From contig JBDHAC010000003.1 of NCBI GenBank assembly GCA_039588275.1, positions 56,855 to 120,854 on the forward strand: a stretch of DNA of 64,000 nucleotides. The letters are read 5' to 3'. The DNA is from Gemmatimonadota bacterium (GTDB taxonomy: Bacteria; Gemmatimonadota; Gemmatimonadetes; Palauibacterales; Palauibacteraceae). Every line of letters begins with the position of its first letter. Within the stretch, counting starts at the first letter, position 1. Under the pieces are notes generated by a model, which did no database searches, was not told the origin of the DNA, and was given only the letters and a program-made list of their open reading frames with translations. Both the position numbers and the translations under genes were made by a program. Below, in pieces: positions 46,277 through 57,346 of this stretch.

Positions 46277-47580
46277 CGGTCCACCACCTGCGCCATCATC
46301 GTGGCTTCAGCGGCCCTGTCTCCATCGACTCGTGCCACACCACGCATCTTGCACACCCGGCCGCGAAACTGGAGCAACTCGACCTCGAACTGGAGCTGAT
46401 CACCCGGGGTCACCGGACGACGGAACTTCACGTCGTCGAGCGACATGAAGTAAACGACCTTGTCGCGCGGCTCTTCGAACTCGTTCATGAGGAGCATGCC
46501 CCCGACCTGCGCCATCGCCTCCACGATGAGGACACCCGGCATGATCGGGTGATCGGGGAAATGACCCGCGAAGAACGGCTCGTTGATCGTCACGTTCTTC
46601 AGCCCCAGGATCCTCTCACCCGCCTCGAACTCCAGGATCCGATCGACGAGCAGGAAGGGGTATCGGTGCGGGATGTGGGCCAGAATGTCCTGTATGTCGA
46701 GTCGCTGCTCTGCCTCACCGCCCGCGTCGACGAGGCTCCGAAGCCGGCGGGCGACCTCGACGTTCCCGCGATGACCGGGGCGCTCGGCCACGACGTGACA
46801 TTGCAGGCGGGCTCCCACAAGCGCGAGATCGCCAATCAAGTCGATCACCTTGTGCCGGACGAACTCGTCCGGATAGCGCAGCTTCGCGTCCGGGGCGATG
46901 CCCTCATCCGTTACCAAGATCGTGTTGTCTTCCGTCGCGCCGAGCGCCAATCCGCGCGACTGCAGCGACTCCTGCCACGCTTCGAGCCCGAAGGTCCGCG
47001 CCCCGGCCACTTCACGGTAGAACGTCGGCTCATCCACCTGCAGACTGGCGAATTGTCGCCCGATGGCCGGATTCTCGAACTCGATCTCGGCGGAGATCCG
47101 GTAACCCGGATACGGCATGACCGCGTACCGGGAATCGCCCGACTTCAGGAAGAACGGGGAGTCTATCGCGAGCGAGGGGGCCGGCGCGCCTTGCTCCTCT
47201 GTCCCCAGCTCGCGGAAGACTTCGCACCACTTGGCGGAGCTTCCGTCAAACGCGGGCGGCTCGGGCCCGATCATATCGATGTCGATGTTGTCGATGCCTG
47301 CCGCGGCGATGGCCGCCAGGAGGTGTTCGACCGTACGCACGCACGCCTCATCCGGTCCGAGCACCGTCTCCCACTCGACACCCGTTACGTACTCGACGAG
47401 TCCGGGAATCTCCGGCTGACCCTCGATGTCGACCCTCCGAAACAGGATCCCGGTGTTCTCGGCCGCCGGACGGAGGGTCGTCTGCACGGGCTCACCCGTG
47501 TGCAGGCCGTAACCCTCGAGCGTCACGGTCCCAACGATCGTACGTTGGAGCGTCGTGTCGCGACCGTTGGCGCCACTCAT
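46273..47580 (-). CDS. lpxC: bifunctional LpxC / FabZ
   Basis: GLHTG, TVEHLLAA, ARTFG, HKVIDLIGDL; C-terminal HRYPFLLVD, EPFFAGHFP, MPGVLIVEAMAQ. Confidence 0.95.
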   Translation of the reverse strand: MSGANGRDTTLQRTIVGTVTLEGYGLHTGEPVQTTLRPAAENTGILFRRVDIEGQPEIPGLVEYVTGVEWETVLGPDEACVRTVEHLLAAIAAAGIDNIDIDMIGPEPPAFDGSSAKWCEVFRELGTEEQGAPAPSLAIDSPFFLKSGDSRYAVMPYPGYRISAEIEFENPAIGRQFASLQVDEPTFYREVAGARTFGLEAWQESLQSRGLALGATEDNTILVTDEGIAPDAKLRYPDEFVRHKVIDLIGDLALVGARLQCHVVAERPGHRGNVEVARRLRSLVDAGGEAEQRLDIQDILAHIPHRYPFLLVDRILEFEAGERILGLKNVTINEPFFAGHFPDHPIMPGVLIVEAMAQVGGMLLMNEFEEPRDKVVYFMSLDDVKFRRPVTPGDQLQFEVELLQFRGRVCKMRGVARVDGDRAAEATMMAQVVDR

Positions 47581-47845
47581 CTGCTATCCTCTCGGTGTCG
47601 TGTGCACGAGTCGGTCGATGATGATCCGCTCCCCGACCCCTCGTCGGTCGGAGCGGGCAGGTCTCGGGGCTGGTGGAGCACTCCGCCGGGCCCGAGGAAA
47701 GCTATCCCCGGGCCTCAAACCCGATCAAGTTCGGGGCGACGCCGAGGCGTGATCCGGGAAATGAGATGACCATCCGGACGCAGCGTAGGTCCGGTGCGCT
47801 CCCGCCGACCTGCGACCTTGGGGAGCGCGTTCAGCGACCGGCTCC

Positions 47846-48433
47846 CTAGCGACCCGGGTCGAGCGCGGCCGTCGCGGCAGGATCTACACCCAACCGCTCC
47901 AAAACGGCCGCGGTGATATCGAGGCTCGGGTCGGCCGCGACCACGCCGGCCTCCGCGACGTCGAACACGATCGCATACTGGTTCGCTGCGCGGATCTCCT
48001 CGATGACCGCACGGACCTGGTCGAGGATGGGCGCGAGGAGAGTCTGCCGCCGTTGCTCGGAGATTTGCTCGAGCTCGATCTGCCGCTCTCGGGCGGCTTG
48101 CTGCTTCTGGAGGATCTCCTGCTGCTTCTGCTCCTTTGCGCCCTGGTCGAGCAGGGCCTCTTGGCGCCGGTAGGCCGATACGAGCGAGTCGATCTCTGCC
48201 CCGAGCGACCGCATCTCGTCCTCGTACCCCGTCAGCTCCTCCTGAAACGAGAGCTGCGCGTCGTTCGCCCCGGGGGCGATGGGCAGGATCGCCTGTGTAT
48301 TCACATAGACCATCGGGGTGCCCGCGGGGGGCAAGCTCGCCTCCGCTGCCGCTGCGTCGGTTTGCGCGTGCGCCGTGACGGCCACCACGAGGGAAGCCGC
48401 GGATAGCACAGCGCCGCGAACGAAGCATCGCAT
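47846..48433 (-). CDS. skp: OmpH/Skp outer membrane chaperone
   Basis: Signal peptide, YVNTQAIL, Q/E coiled coil, YAIVFD...DITAAVLERL; follows bamA. Confidence 0.88.
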   Translation of the reverse strand: MRCFVRGAVLSAASLVVAVTAHAQTDAAAAEASLPPAGTPMVYVNTQAILPIAPGANDAQLSFQEELTGYEDEMRSLGAEIDSLVSAYRRQEALLDQGAKEQKQQEILQKQQAARERQIELEQISEQRRQTLLAPILDQVRAVIEEIRAANQYAIVFDVAEAGVVAADPSLDITAAVLERLGVDPAATAALDPGR

Positions 48434-48456
48434 CCGAACGTTCTCCTGATCCCTAT

Positions 48457-50877
48457 TCAGAAAATGCGCCCGAACTTGAAGTGGAGCTGCCACCCCGGAT
48501 CGGGCCGTCCCAACACGTCCCGCCGATCGAAGCCGTAGGCGTAATCCAGCCCGATCGGTCCGAACGGCGAAACCAGGCTCACTCCTAACCCGGCGCCGAC
48601 CAGGAGATCCGTGGGGTTCAGCTCTCCCGGGTCCCTCCAGGTGTTCCCCGCGTCCATGAAGGCGCTGACGAAGATGCTGCTGGTCAGCTTGAGGCCGAAC
48701 GTAGCGCCCGCCTTGAAGTAGGATTCGCCGACGCGGTCCAGATCGCTCAGGCGTGCTTCGCGCGGGATGTGGCCAAGTGGCGTGACCGTGGCCTCCTCGT
48801 ACCCCCGCAACTGGATACCCGCCTGGGTGCCACCCACGAAGTACCGCTCGGTGAAGAACGGGTTCTCTCCCAGGATGACGCCGCCCGCGAAGTTCATCCC
48901 GAAGGTGAACTCCATCGGGACGCTCTGCAGTCCACCCCCGATCTGCGCGACAGGGACAAACCACTCGCTCGCGAGGTCGACCTTCTGGTAGTTCCCGGCT
49001 CCGCCCAAGAAACCACCGGTGTGACGAACCGAGATCGTGTTGCGGCTCCCGGCCGTCGGGAAGAGCGGGTTGTTTCGATTGTCCTGGACGAGGCGGAAGC
49101 TGAGGCCGCTCCGCGTCCCCGAGGTTAGGAGCTGCCGGCCAGCCTCGGAGATGTTGGTCGTGTCCAGCCCGCTCACACGGTCGTTGAACAACGAGTAACC
49201 CACGAATAGACGGACCGAGCGGAGTCCGAACACCGGGGTCCCCACCTCGATCAAGCCACCGGTCTGCCGCCGATCGCCGAGGCTAAAGCCCGTGAACCGA
49301 TCTCTGGAGCTGCGCAGCGTGATCGTCGCGGATTGCCGACTCCCGAAGATCTCGGGGTCCGAGTAGCTGAGGTCGATGTCCTGCTGTCGGCTTCCAAAGA
49401 TCCATCGAAACCGCCCTACCTTCGCCAGCCCGAACAGATTCGGCTGCTCGTAGCCGACGAAGCCGGCAAACCCGCTGACTCCGGAGGCCGTGACCCCGAA
49501 GTTCACGGTGCCCGTCTGCTTCTCTTGCACGCGCAGGGTTATGTCGATGTCTCCGTCGGGCCGCTCCTGGAACTCGATGGCCTGGTCGGGTGGGAGCGGC
49601 TCGAAGAACCCGAGCCCCTGGATCGCCTGGAAGCTGTTTACCAGCCGGTCCTGCGAATAAATGTCGCCGGGGAAGATGAACAGGCGGTTCCGGATGATGC
49701 GGTCGTGCGTGTAGGTGTTCCCCTCGATGTTGATCTCGCGGAAGTAGCTCGGCTCTCCCTCCTGGATGCTCAAGACCGCCGCGACCCGAGGCTGGCCTCC
49801 CGGTCCCTCCGGCGGGAGGCGCTGTACGTCGGGCAAGATCCGAGCGTTCAAGAAGCCGGCGTTGCGGTACAGATCACCGAGATCGCCGCTGGCCGTGAAG
49901 AAGGCGGGCTGGTTGAAGGGGGCCGCCTCGCCCTCATCGGCCTCCTCCTGACCCGCTCGAGCGCTTTCCTCGATCACCGAGGCGGCAAACGCCCGGTTCC
50001 CCACGACTCGCAAGTCCTCGAGCAGGTACTGCGGTCCTTCCTCGACCCATACGATGATCCGGCCCTTCCCCGTCACCGGATCCGAGATCACGGTGTCGTT
50101 GACGACCTGGAAGTCCAGGTAGCCGTGACTCGCGTAGAACTCGGGCAGGCGTTCCGCCATATCGCGCCTGTACTCGTCTTTCTTGAGCTGGCCCTGGCTG
50201 AACCAAAGAAACCCCTCCTGGTCCGTGACCATCGCCGATCGCAGCTGTCCGTCGGTGAACGCCTCGTTGCCCTCGAAGCGGATACTCGTCACGCCCAATC
50301 GCGGTCCCTCACGGACTCGGAATGCGAGGCGGAAGTCGCCCGGCCGCGATGGATCGGGCCGGATGAGGGTGTCGACCCGGGCGGTCGGGAAGCCTTCGTT
50401 CGAGAGAGCCTCGACGATGAAGGCTTGCGTGCGCGTGATCCGGTCGGGGTCCAGCGGCGCGTTTTGCGCGAGACCGATCGTATCCCGCACCGTGCCCGCA
50501 CCCAGGTTTTCGAGGCCCTCGAACTCGTAGCGGGTGATGTAGGGGCGCTCTTCGACCGTGATGTGGAAGATGCCCAACTCGCGCACCTCTCCCCCGACGT
50601 GCACCTGGACATCGCTGTAATTACCGGTCGCGAAGAGCCTGCGGATCGCGTCTTGGATCTGGGGAAGCTGAACGATGTTCCCTACGCGCAATCCGCTACG
50701 GTCAATGATCTGTGTCTCGGAGTGACGGAAGTTGCCGCTGACGACGATGCTGTCGACCCGGACGCTGGTCTCTGCGAGGTTCTGCCCAAACGCAGGCGCG
50801 ACCCCCGCCAGTGCGAGAATCGCGCCGATCGTGAACGCGAAGCCGGTTCGACGCCCGGTCGGGGGTGGCGACGTCAC
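48457..50877 (-). CDS. bamA: outer membrane protein assembly factor BamA
   Basis: Signal peptide, POTRA repeats, [28 protein letters not shown]-terminal F; GTG 50877 overlaps clpC stop. Confidence 0.93.
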   Translation of the reverse strand: MTSPPPTGRRTGFAFTIGAILALAGVAPAFGQNLAETSVRVDSIVVSGNFRHSETQIIDRSGLRVGNIVQLPQIQDAIRRLFATGNYSDVQVHVGGEVRELGIFHITVEERPYITRYEFEGLENLGAGTVRDTIGLAQNAPLDPDRITRTQAFIVEALSNEGFPTARVDTLIRPDPSRPGDFRLAFRVREGPRLGVTSIRFEGNEAFTDGQLRSAMVTDQEGFLWFSQGQLKKDEYRRDMAERLPEFYASHGYLDFQVVNDTVISDPVTGKGRIIVWVEEGPQYLLEDLRVVGNRAFAASVIEESARAGQEEADEGEAAPFNQPAFFTASGDLGDLYRNAGFLNARILPDVQRLPPEGPGGQPRVAAVLSIQEGEPSYFREINIEGNTYTHDRIIRNRLFIFPGDIYSQDRLVNSFQAIQGLGFFEPLPPDQAIEFQERPDGDIDITLRVQEKQTGTVNFGVTASGVSGFAGFVGYEQPNLFGLAKVGRFRWIFGSRQQDIDLSYSDPEIFGSRQSATITLRSSRDRFTGFSLGDRRQTGGLIEVGTPVFGLRSVRLFVGYSLFNDRVSGLDTTNISEAGRQLLTSGTRSGLSFRLVQDNRNNPLFPTAGSRNTISVRHTGGFLGGAGNYQKVDLASEWFVPVAQIGGGLQSVPMEFTFGMNFAGGVILGENPFFTERYFVGGTQAGIQLRGYEEATVTPLGHIPREARLSDLDRVGESYFKAGATFGLKLTSSIFVSAFMDAGNTWRDPGELNPTDLLVGAGLGVSLVSPFGPIGLDYAYGFDRRDVLGRPDPGWQLHFKFGRIF

Positions 50878-53348
50878 GTTGCAGAGGAAGGCGAGGCCAC
50901 CTGGAACGCCAATGACTCGTCCTCGTCCTCCTCCACCGCCACCACGATCTCGTCCCCAGGTGTAAACTCGCCCATCAGGATACGCTCCGAGAGCGGATCC
51001 TCTACGTATCGCTGGATCGTCCGCTTGAGCGGACGCGCGCCGAACTTGTCGTCGAACCCGTGATCGACGATGAACAAGACGGCTTCGTCGGTCAGCTGGA
51101 TCGTGAGCTGCTCCTCCGAAAGGCGGTCCTGGACGTCGCGCATCATGATGTGGACGATCTCGCCGATCTGCTCCCGATCGAGCGGATGGAAGACGATCAC
51201 TTCCTCCACGCGGTTCAGGAACTCGGGCGTGAACACCCGCTCGACCTCGTCGGTCACGCGCTCTTTGATGCGGGCGTAGTCGAAGCTCGCGTCGTCGGTC
51301 CCGAAGCCCAGCTTGGACGTGGTGGTGAGATCTCGCGTGCCCACGTTCGACGTCATGATCAGGACCGTGTTCTTGAAGTCGATCACACGGCCGTAGTTGT
51401 CCGTCAGTCGCCCCTCGTCCAACACCTGGAGCAGGATGTTGAACACGTCGGGGTGGGCCTTTTCGATCTCGTCGAGAAGCACGACGCAGTACGGTCTGCG
51501 ACGCACCGCCTTCGTGAGCGTCCCGCTGTCCTCGTACCCGACGTATCCCGGTGGAGCGCCGATCAGGCGGCTGACCGAGAACTTCTCCATATACTCGGAC
51601 ATGTCGACGCGCACGAGCGCGCCTTCGTCGACGAACAGGAAGCGCGCGAGCTGGCGCGCCAGCTCGGTCTTCCCGACGCCGGTCGGACCACAGAAGATGA
51701 AGCTGCCGATGGGACGGTTCGGGTCCTTCAGACCGGCGCGGCTGCGCCGGATCGCCCGACTGACCGCCTGGATCGCCTCGTGCTGCCCGACGATCGACTT
51801 GTGGAGCTCCTCCTCCATTCGAAGCAGCCGCTCCGTCTCGGCCTCCTGGAGCCGGGTGACCGGGATTCCGGTCCACCGCCCCACGATGAACGCGATGTCA
51901 TCCTCCGCGAGGGTCGGCCGGAACTCCTCCTGCTGCCGCTCCCACTCGTCGCGCCGACGCTTGATCTCCTCCTGGATCTCCTTCTCCCGGTCCCGCAGGT
52001 AGGCGGCACGCTCGAAGTCCTGGTCGCGGATCGCCTCGGACTTCCACTCGGCGAGCTCCTCGAGCTGTTCCTGGAGCTCCTGCACCTCGGCGGGAGGCAC
52101 CTGAGCACCGAGTCGCGCACGGGCGCCGGCCTCGTCCACGACGTCGATCGCCTTGTCCGGGAGGAAGCGGTCCGTGATGTACCGGTTCGCGAGCTTGGCG
52201 GCGGCCACGAGTGACTCATCGGGGATCACCACGTTGTGGTGCTCCTCGTAGTACTTGCGAAGACCCTTCAGGATCTCGACGGTCTCGTCTACCGTCGGAG
52301 CCTCGACGATCACGGTTTGGAAGCGCCGCTCCAGCGCCCCGTCCTTCTCGATGTACTTGCGGTACTCGTTCAGGGTGGAAGCGCCCACGCATTGCAGCTC
52401 GCCGCGCGCGAGCGCGGGCTTCAGCATGTTGGATGCGTCGATCGCACCCTCGGCCGCGCCCGCCCCGACCAGCGTGTGGAGCTCGTCGATGAACAGGATG
52501 ATGGCCTGGTTCTGAGAGATCTCGTTGACGATCGCCTTCAGGCGCTCCTCGAACTGGCCCCGGTACTTGGTCCCCGCGATCACGGCGGCCATGTCGAGCG
52601 CCAGGACGCGGTGATCCTTCAGGCTGTCCGGTACCTCGCCCCGTACGATCGCCTGGGCCAGTCCCTCGACGATCGCGGTCTTCCCGACACCGGGCTCGCC
52701 GATCAGGACCGGGTTGTTCTTCTTGCGTCGCGAGAGGACTTCCATGACCCGTTCGATCTCCTCGTGGCGTCCGATCGTCGGGTCCAGCTTGCCTTGCGCG
52801 GCCAGCTCGGTGAGGTCTCGACAGAAGTGGTCCAGAGCCGGCGTCTTCGACTTCTTCTCAGATTTGCTGCTCGGCGGAGTTTCACTGGCGGGCGGGCCAC
52901 CGCTGGGCATGTCCGTCCCCAGCAACTTGAGCGTCTCGCCGCGCGCCTCGTCCAGCCCGATCCCGAGCTCACCCAGGACCTTCGCCGCCAGCCCCTTCTC
53001 TTCGCGCAGGAGTCCTAGGAGCAGGTGCTCGGTTCCGACATAGCTGTGATTCAGCTCGCGCGCCTCGGCCATCGCATACTCGAGTACCTTTTTCGCGCGC
53101 GACGTATACGGGAGCTCTCCGATCGTGGAGGTGCTCTTACCGTGCCGGACGTTCTCCTCCACGAGTCTGTGGAGCTCATCCAGATCGGCGGAGAGGTTGG
53201 CAAGGACCGCGGCCGCGACGCCTTCTCCTTCGCGGATCAGTCCCAGGAGGATGTGCTCGGTGCCCACGTAGTCGTGCTGAAGGCGGATCGCTTCCTCGCG
53301 AGCCATCGCGAGCACTTTGCGAACACGGTCGGTGAAATTGTAGTTCAT
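50874..53348 (-). CDS. clpC: ATP-dependent Clp protease ATPase subunit ClpC
   Basis: Clp N repeats, [11 protein letters not shown] middle domain (QDFERAA), [18 protein letters not shown]. Confidence 0.96.
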   Translation of the reverse strand: MNYNFTDRVRKVLAMAREEAIRLQHDYVGTEHILLGLIREGEGVAAAVLANLSADLDELHRLVEENVRHGKSTSTIGELPYTSRAKKVLEYAMAEARELNHSYVGTEHLLLGLLREEKGLAAKVLGELGIGLDEARGETLKLLGTDMPSGGPPASETPPSSKSEKKSKTPALDHFCRDLTELAAQGKLDPTIGRHEEIERVMEVLSRRKKNNPVLIGEPGVGKTAIVEGLAQAIVRGEVPDSLKDHRVLALDMAAVIAGTKYRGQFEERLKAIVNEISQNQAIILFIDELHTLVGAGAAEGAIDASNMLKPALARGELQCVGASTLNEYRKYIEKDGALERRFQTVIVEAPTVDETVEILKGLRKYYEEHHNVVIPDESLVAAAKLANRYITDRFLPDKAIDVVDEAGARARLGAQVPPAEVQELQEQLEELAEWKSEAIRDQDFERAAYLRDREKEIQEEIKRRRDEWERQQEEFRPTLAEDDIAFIVGRWTGIPVTRLQEAETERLLRMEEELHKSIVGQHEAIQAVSRAIRRSRAGLKDPNRPIGSFIFCGPTGVGKTELARQLARFLFVDEGALVRVDMSEYMEKFSVSRLIGAPPGYVGYEDSGTLTKAVRRRPYCVVLLDEIEKAHPDVFNILLQVLDEGRLTDNYGRVIDFKNTVLIMTSNVGTRDLTTTSKLGFGTDDASFDYARIKERVTDEVERVFTPEFLNRVEEVIVFHPLDREQIGEIVHIMMRDVQDRLSEEQLTIQLTDEAVLFIVDHGFDDKFGARPLKRTIQRYVEDPLSERILMGEFTPGDEIVVAVEEDEDESLAFQVASPSSAT

Positions 53349-53390
53349 GCGCTCCTCAAGCTCGCGTCACCGGATCGGCCCCGCTTCTCC

Positions 53391-54503
53391 CTATGCCCCG
53401 CGCCCACGCTCCTCCGACTGATCCGCCGCCTCATCCGCGGCCAACGCCTCTCGGACGAAGGAGGCGCGAAAGACATCCGCGTCCGTTTCGTCGAGCCTGC
53501 GGCGGGCGGCGCGCTCGAGGTGCGCTGTCTGCGCGTAGATCATAATACGGCTGACCGTCTGTACACAGGGTGTTTGGAGAAGTTTCAGCGACAGCCCCAA
53601 TCGCACGCCCGAGAGTAGGTTCATCATTTCCTCGAACGGAATGCTCCGGGCGTGGCGCAGAATTCCGTACGCGCGCCACACCTTGTCCTCGAGGACGGCC
53701 GGCGCCTCGTTGAGGAGAACAACCCTCGCCTGCTTCTCGTAGTCGATGACCCGAGCCACGATGCTCCCGAGGTGGTCGATCAGGTCCTCCTCGGTCTTGC
53801 CGAGCGTCGTCTGGTTCGAGACCTGGAAGAAGTTGCCGACGATCTCGGAGCCCTCTCCGTACAGCCCGCGAAACGTGAGCCCGAGTTGGCCGATCCCCTG
53901 CAGGACCTTGTGGATCTCCTTGGTCAGCACGAGCCCGGGCAGGTGTATCAGCACCGAGGCGCGGAGTCCTGTCCCGACATTGGTCGGGCACGAGGTCAGG
54001 AAGCCGAACTCGTGGTGGAAGGCGTAGGGGAGGTGTTGCCCGATCTCCTCGTCGAGCTGTTCGACGTCCTTCCACGCTTGCTCCAACTGGAAGCCGCCGG
54101 CGAGCACCTGGAGACGAAGGTGGTCCTCCTCGTTGATCATCAAGCCCAGCGATCGTCCGCGTTGGATCGCTAGCGCGGAGGCACGCAGGGGCTCACCGTC
54201 GTGTCCGCCGATCAGCTCGTAGCTTACGAGGTGGCGCTCCAGGAGACGCGTCCGCTCACTCGGCTCGAGATCGGCCATCCTCCAGAAGTCCGCATCGCCC
54301 AGGACCCGGTTGTTGTCCAGCGCGTCGTAGGCTCGTTCCAGCAGACGATCCCGGTCCTCGCCCGAGGCGCGCGTCGCGAACGGGAAGCCCTGGATGTTCC
54401 TGGCGAGGCGGACACGGGTGGAGAGCACGATCTCGTCGTCGGGTCCGCGCTCCTCGAGCCAGCTCAGCCCATGCCCGTCCACCTCGATCCCCTCCCTGAG
54501 CAT
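53391..54503 (-). CDS. mcsB: protein arginine kinase
   Basis: STRVRLARN, MINEEDHLR, LTSCPTNVGTGLRAS, RGLYGEG, QVSNQTTLG. Confidence 0.95.
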   Translation of the reverse strand: MLREGIEVDGHGLSWLEERGPDDEIVLSTRVRLARNIQGFPFATRASGEDRDRLLERAYDALDNNRVLGDADFWRMADLEPSERTRLLERHLVSYELIGGHDGEPLRASALAIQRGRSLGLMINEEDHLRLQVLAGGFQLEQAWKDVEQLDEEIGQHLPYAFHHEFGFLTSCPTNVGTGLRASVLIHLPGLVLTKEIHKVLQGIGQLGLTFRGLYGEGSEIVGNFFQVSNQTTLGKTEEDLIDHLGSIVARVIDYEKQARVVLLNEAPAVLEDKVWRAYGILRHARSIPFEEMMNLLSGVRLGLSLKLLQTPCVQTVSRIMIYAQTAHLERAARRRLDETDADVFRASFVREALAADEAADQSEERGRGA

Positions 54504-54515
54504 CCCGGTGTCTCG

Positions 54516-55013
54516 TTACTCCACGGCGCTCAGCTCGAGGATCTCGTCCCGGAGGCTGGCCGCTGCTTCGAAATCCTCGATCTCGACGGCGCGCTCTAGC
54601 CGTCGACGGAGCGTCGCGAGGCGCAGATCTCGGTCGTCGAGATCGCTCGCTGCGCTCAGGTAGACCTTGCCTATGTGCTGGCTCGCTCCGTGGACGCGGC
54701 GGAGGAGACCTCTGAGTTGGGGAGCGAAATGGGCGTAGCACTGAGAGCAACCGAGCCGGCCGGTCTTCCGGAAGTCATCCGCCGTCGTCCCACAGTACGG
54801 ACAGGCTTCGTGCGCTCCCGAAAACGCCGCGTCTTGACTGCCCTCGCCCATGTGAGCCAGGAAGTCGGCGATCGGCGGCTCGGGAGACGTGGTGGAGCTG
54901 ACCCCCTTCTCTGCCGCACACGACGAGCAGAGATGGATGGTGGTCATCTCGTCCTGCACGATCTCCGTGAGATGGATCTCGGCGTCTCGTTCTCCGCAGT
55001 GCTCGCAGCGCAT
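54516..55013 (-). CDS. mcsA: McsB activator McsA (CxxC motifs + UVR domain)
   Basis: CEHC, CSSC, CPYC, GRLGCSQCY, HIGK, EDFEAAASLRD. Confidence 0.93.
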   Translation of the reverse strand: MRCEHCGERDAEIHLTEIVQDEMTTIHLCSSCAAEKGVSSTTSPEPPIADFLAHMGEGSQDAAFSGAHEACPYCGTTADDFRKTGRLGCSQCYAHFAPQLRGLLRRVHGASQHIGKVYLSAASDLDDRDLRLATLRRRLERAVEIEDFEAAASLRDEILELSAVE

Positions 55014-55284
55014 GGTGTCCTGGCGGTTCCGCCTCGTCTCCTGGGTCGTGAATGCCGCCGTCATCTATGCCGCGGTCAAGGTCGCCCACCGTGCCAGCGC
55101 ATGCCTCATTCCGCCCACCCTGCGGCCCTGTGGGGCAATCCGGGTCGTAGCGAAACGGGCTTCGCTGCGACGTTCCGAAGGTGCCTCCCGCCCGGTGCCG
55201 CACAAGCCGCCAGGGACGCGGCCTACGGTGCGCGTGGCAGTCAGCCCCGTCCTTGGCAATTTACACGAGGGCACCGGTCGGCGC

Positions 55285-55980
55285 TCAAGCGACCTGGAGC
55301 CTCCCCGCATCCAGCCGAAGGACCCGGTCGGCTCGCTCGGCGAGCGAGCGATTGTGCGTAACCACGACAAGTGCGCTCCGGTGTTGTTCGAGCAGCCGGA
55401 ACAACAAATCGTGCAGACGCTCGCTCGCCTCGATGTCCAGATTGCCCGACGGCTCGTCCGCCAGCAGCAAAGGGGGATCGTTCGCGAGGGCGCGAGCCAC
55501 GGCTACGCGTTGTTGCTCGCCCCCGGAGAGCTTTCGAGGGCGGTGATGCGCCCGCTCCACCAGCTCTACCTGTTCGAGGAGCTCGAACGCTCGCTTCTCC
55601 GCCGTCTCTCGGGTCGCACCGGCGATCAGCTGCGGGACCATCACGTTCTCGACGGCGGTGAAGTCGCGCAGCAGGTGGTGGAACTGGAACACGAATCCGA
55701 CATAGCGGTTGCGGAGTGCCGCCAGCGTCACGTCGTCCAGGTCGGCGACGCGCCGGTCGCCGAGCCACACATCGCCCGAGGTCGCCCGATCCAGGGCTCC
55801 GAGGAGATGGAGCAGCGTCGACTTGCCCGAGCCGCTCGGACCGACGATCGCCACCGCGTCACCCGCGCTCACTGCCAGGTGGACGCCGCGCAGCACGTGA
55901 ATCTCGCCCCCATCCGCCGCCGCGAATGTGCGATGGAGATCGCGGGCCTCGATTACTGAGCGCGAACCGTTATCACTCAT
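55285..55980 (-). CDS. lolD: lipoprotein-releasing ABC transporter ATP-binding protein
   Basis: GPSGSGKST, GFVFQFHHLL, LSGGEQQRVA, ADEPSGNLD. Confidence 0.92.
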   Translation of the reverse strand: MSDNGSRSVIEARDLHRTFAAADGGEIHVLRGVHLAVSAGDAVAIVGPSGSGKSTLLHLLGALDRATSGDVWLGDRRVADLDDVTLAALRNRYVGFVFQFHHLLRDFTAVENVMVPQLIAGATRETAEKRAFELLEQVELVERAHHRPRKLSGGEQQRVAVARALANDPPLLLADEPSGNLDIEASERLHDLLFRLLEQHRSALVVVTHNRSLAERADRVLRLDAGRLQVA

Positions 55981-57346
55981 GGCGGATCGCGTCGACCGGT
56001 GTGAGCTTGGCCGCTTTAGCCGCGGGATAGAGCGTGGCGAGGAAGGAGATGAGGATCGAGCCCAGCACGATGAGGATCATATCCCGGGGCTCGAGGGCGA
56101 TCGGCAGCTTGTCGATGAAGTACACGTTGCTCGGGAGCGTAATGAACTCGTATCGGTGTAGCAGCCAGGCCAGAAGGGCCCCCAGGGTGGCGCCCAGTGC
56201 CGTGCCGACGAGGCCGATGAACAGCCCCATGTACATGAACACGCGTCGGATCCCCTTCGCCGTGAGGCCCATGGAGCGCAGGATGCCGATCTCGCGCGTC
56301 TTGTCTCCGACCATCATCACCAGCGTCGAGACGATGTTGAAGGAGGCGACGAGCACGATCAACGTCAGGATGACGGCCATCGCGATCTTCTCCAGGAACA
56401 GCGCGGAAAAGAGATTCGCGTTCTGTTCCTGCCAGCCGTCGACCTTGTACGGGTAGCCGAGTCCTTCTTCGACCCGCGCCGCGACCTCGCCTGCCTCCCA
56501 GGGATCGCGCACATCGAACTCGACGCCGGTCACGCCATCGTCGAGCCCGAGAAGCGTTTGCGCCTCGCCCAGCTCGACGAACGAGAGCTTGGTGTCGAAC
56601 TGGTACAGCCCGGTCTGGAAGACTCCCGTGATCTCGAACCGCTTGAGCTGCGGCTGGAAGCCCATCGGAGTCAACGGCGTGTTCTGGATCGAAGCCGCGG
56701 TCACCAGCTTGCCCACGTAGAGCCCGAGGCGGTCCGCCAGACCCCGCCCCACCACCATCCCGGGATGCCCGGTCTCGGTCTCGACGAAGGGGAGATCGCC
56801 GACCACGAGGTGTTCGCTGATGCCCGTCACCGTGATCGCATCGTCGTCGTCGACGACACCCCGCATGACCACGCCCTCGTTGTAGTTCTCGCCCGCGCTG
56901 AGGAGGATCTCGGTGTAGATGAAGGGTGCCGCGGCGACTACATCCGGATCCGACTGGATGCGCTCGAGCACGAGAGGCCAGGCATCCATCCGGAACGCGT
57001 TCCCGATCTGCAGTGTGACCGCGTGCGGGCCGCCGCTCAGGATCCGCTCCCGAAGGTCTCTCTGAAGACCGCTGAGCACCCCGATCACCACGATGAGCGC
57101 CATGACCCCGACGGCCACGCCACCGACCGCGATCCACGTGATGAACGACACGAGACCCCGTCGGCCACCCAGATACCGCCGGGCGACATAGCGTTCCAGC
57201 GCACGAGTGTCTTCCGACACCGGCGGTGGCACGCCGAGCGCGACGCCGATTGATTCATCGGTCCCGCCGGCCGCTGTCGCCTCCGACGCCGCCGTATCGG
57301 CTGACGTACCCTCAGGCGAGTGGACGTCTTCGGCGGGACCCCTCAC
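55973..57346 (-). CDS. lipoprotein-releasing ABC transporter permease (LolC/E)
   Basis: ARRYL, VGVMALIVV, FNIVSTL...KTREIGILRSMG, YPA...PVDAIR; exact start uncertain. Confidence 0.92.
   Translation of the reverse strand: MRGPAEDVHSPEGTSADTAASEATAAGGTDESIGVALGVPPPVSEDTRALERYVARRYLGGRRGLVSFITWIAVGGVAVGVMALIVVIGVLSGLQRDLRERILSGGPHAVTLQIGNAFRMDAWPLVLERIQSDPDVVAAAPFIYTEILLSAGENYNEGVVMRGVVDDDDAITVTGISEHLVVGDLPFVETETGHPGMVVGRGLADRLGLYVGKLVTAASIQNTPLTPMGFQPQLKRFEITGVFQTGLYQFDTKLSFVELGEAQTLLGLDDGVTGVEFDVRDPWEAGEVAARVEEGLGYPYKVDGWQEQNANLFSALFLEKIAMAVILTLIVLVASFNIVSTLVMMVGDKTREIGILRSMGLTAKGIRRVFMYMGLFIGLVGTALGATLGALLAWLLHRYEFITLPSNVYFIDKLPIALEPRDMILIVLGSILISFLATLYPAAKAAKLTPVDAIRHE

Noticed and set aside
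46273..47580. LpxC-FabZ fusion as a novelty
   Set aside because: Well known in Bacteroidota, Chlorobi and related phyla
48457..51876. 1139-aa BamA as given by the ORF track
   Set aside because: The first 333 codons overlap clpC in another frame; the signal peptide begins at GTG 50877
55065..55110. CtsR box (GGTCAAGGTC) or sigma54 site (TGGCACG) upstream of mcsA
   Set aside because: Heptad spacing does not fit the CtsR consensus, and the -12 TTGC element is missing
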